A model generated the notes under the pieces. The model made no database searches. It was not told the origin of the DNA and was given only the letters and a program-made list of their open reading frames with translations. Of a stretch of DNA of 64,000 nucleotides, positions 62,697-64,000 are shown piece by piece. Location of the stretch: positions 42,224,001 through 42,288,000 of the forward strand of contig CM059432.1 in the NCBI GenBank assembly GCA_030390025.1, written 5' to 3'. Within the stretch, counting starts at the first letter, position 1; the number at the start of each line of letters is the position of its first letter. The position numbers were made by a program, and so were the translations under genes. The DNA is from Squalus acanthias. Its lineage: Eukaryota.

Positions 62697-64000
62697 GGCC
62701 GCGATTTTACTAACCTCGGCGGGTCCGTGGCGGGCGACATCGGTGACAGGACCCGACCCCGCTGCTGTCTCCATCCCGGCCTCTGAAATGAATTTCCTTT
62801 GATTGGACTTGTTAAGCCCGCCCAATGCGTTTCCAGGCCAATTAGAGGAAGCCGGTCTGGTGACCTCATTTGATGATGCGCCATCAGCCGGTTTCCTTAA
62901 AGGGACCATGCACAAATTTAGTTTGACATTTGTGCTGTCAGTGTTCTACAGCATTGAGGTGCTGCAAACACTGACAATGACTGCACAGAGGTGCAGGGCT
63001 ACACCCAGGCTCTCCCATGACTTCCTCCATATGTGGGAGTCACAGGACGCAGGGAGGTCCTCTTCCCTTCCCATGGGCAGAGGAGACCTCCCTAGGAGAT
63101 CAACACAGCCTGGTTGCACATTGCAGAGAAGTGCACAAGCAGGGATGTCGTCAGGAGGAGCTGGGTGCAGTGCCACAAACGTTTCAATGATCTCAGTAGA
63201 TCACGAAATGTTACTGCAAAGCCACACTCAACCTCATCCTGTTGTGCCTCTCATCACATCCCCATCACTTTGCCTTTCCCACCCTACTCCTGCACATCCT
63301 TACTCACACCAATTTACCTTGGACCTCCACCCATCCCTCTCTCTCTCTATCTACATTATCACTTCCCCATCTCATTAGCCACCCCTCACACTCACCCTCA
63401 TCCTAGTGCAATCATACCAACTAACAACATACAAGGGTAGCCATTTGAGTGTTTTATCCAATGTTTATGTAAAGTTTGTATTAATGTGCTGTTAAACATT
63501 GAAATATTTATTTTCAACACTTTCCGTGGATAGATTTGTGTGCACCTTTGGAAGTGGCTTAGTGAGTTGTAGTGAATGGTGAGACAGAACGGCATCCCCT
63601 GCAATGGTGATGAGTGTGAAAGGAATGGGTTGGATATTGTAGGGATGCTTTATGGTGTTGGTGTGGGGTGGTGCCAACCTGGTGCATCATGTGGCAGCCA
63701 GGGTGTACAGCGTCAAGTGAAGTAAATCTGGCCATGATGAGGCCATCCCTGGCCTCCAGGGCAGCAATGTGCTTGGGTGCTGATGCCCTCTGTTCTGTGC
63801 AGCATCAGGTGATTGTGGAGAAGGTTGATGTTGTTATTGGTGCTGCTGGTGTGCCTGGTACTGCTGGTGTTGGGGCTCATCGTGGTCCAATTCTGAGGAC
63901 CAAGGTGAGACTGTATAAATGGCACCCATGTTGATGGAATAGATGGCAGGTGAAGTACAGATGACAGAAGTGATCTGTCAATGGTGAGAGAGGTAATGAG
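62697..64000 (+). mobile_element. Harbinger family B deletion derivative (Myb exon 1 plus transposase stub), runs off the window
   Basis: TIR GGCCGCGATTTT and motif RRSWVQCHKRFNDL. Segment 63440-63950 matches 35857-36420 in reverse. Confidence 0.82.

Overview
This is eukaryotic, vertebrate-type DNA. The repeat content resembles cartilaginous fish (shark), which is an inference from repeat style. I found no host-gene exon I can support, and most recognisable sequence is nested transposable elements. (1) There are two families of Penelope-like retroelements (PLEs, RT plus GIY-YIG). Each carries a minimal hammerhead ribozyme in its 3' region; about 9 hammerhead copies are present, several in fold-back palindromes with target-site duplications (TSDs). 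(2) An apparently intact autonomous PIF/Harbinger DNA transposon lies at 55982-60127, with a DDE transposase, a convergent 3-exon Myb/SANT gene, terminal inverted repeats (TIRs) and a CAA TSD. It is inserted inside a PLE palindrome, and many Harbinger MITEs and decayed copies are also present. (3) A CR1-group LINE has a tRNA-derived Pol III-type 5' head that it shares with short SINEs joining its two ends. (4) There is a long interrupted CR1, plus CR1, L2 and RTE 3' fragments and a Deu-type SINE. (5) A ~0.4 kb local inverted duplication sits between two Harbinger termini. All calls come from reading the sequence by eye; no searches were run.
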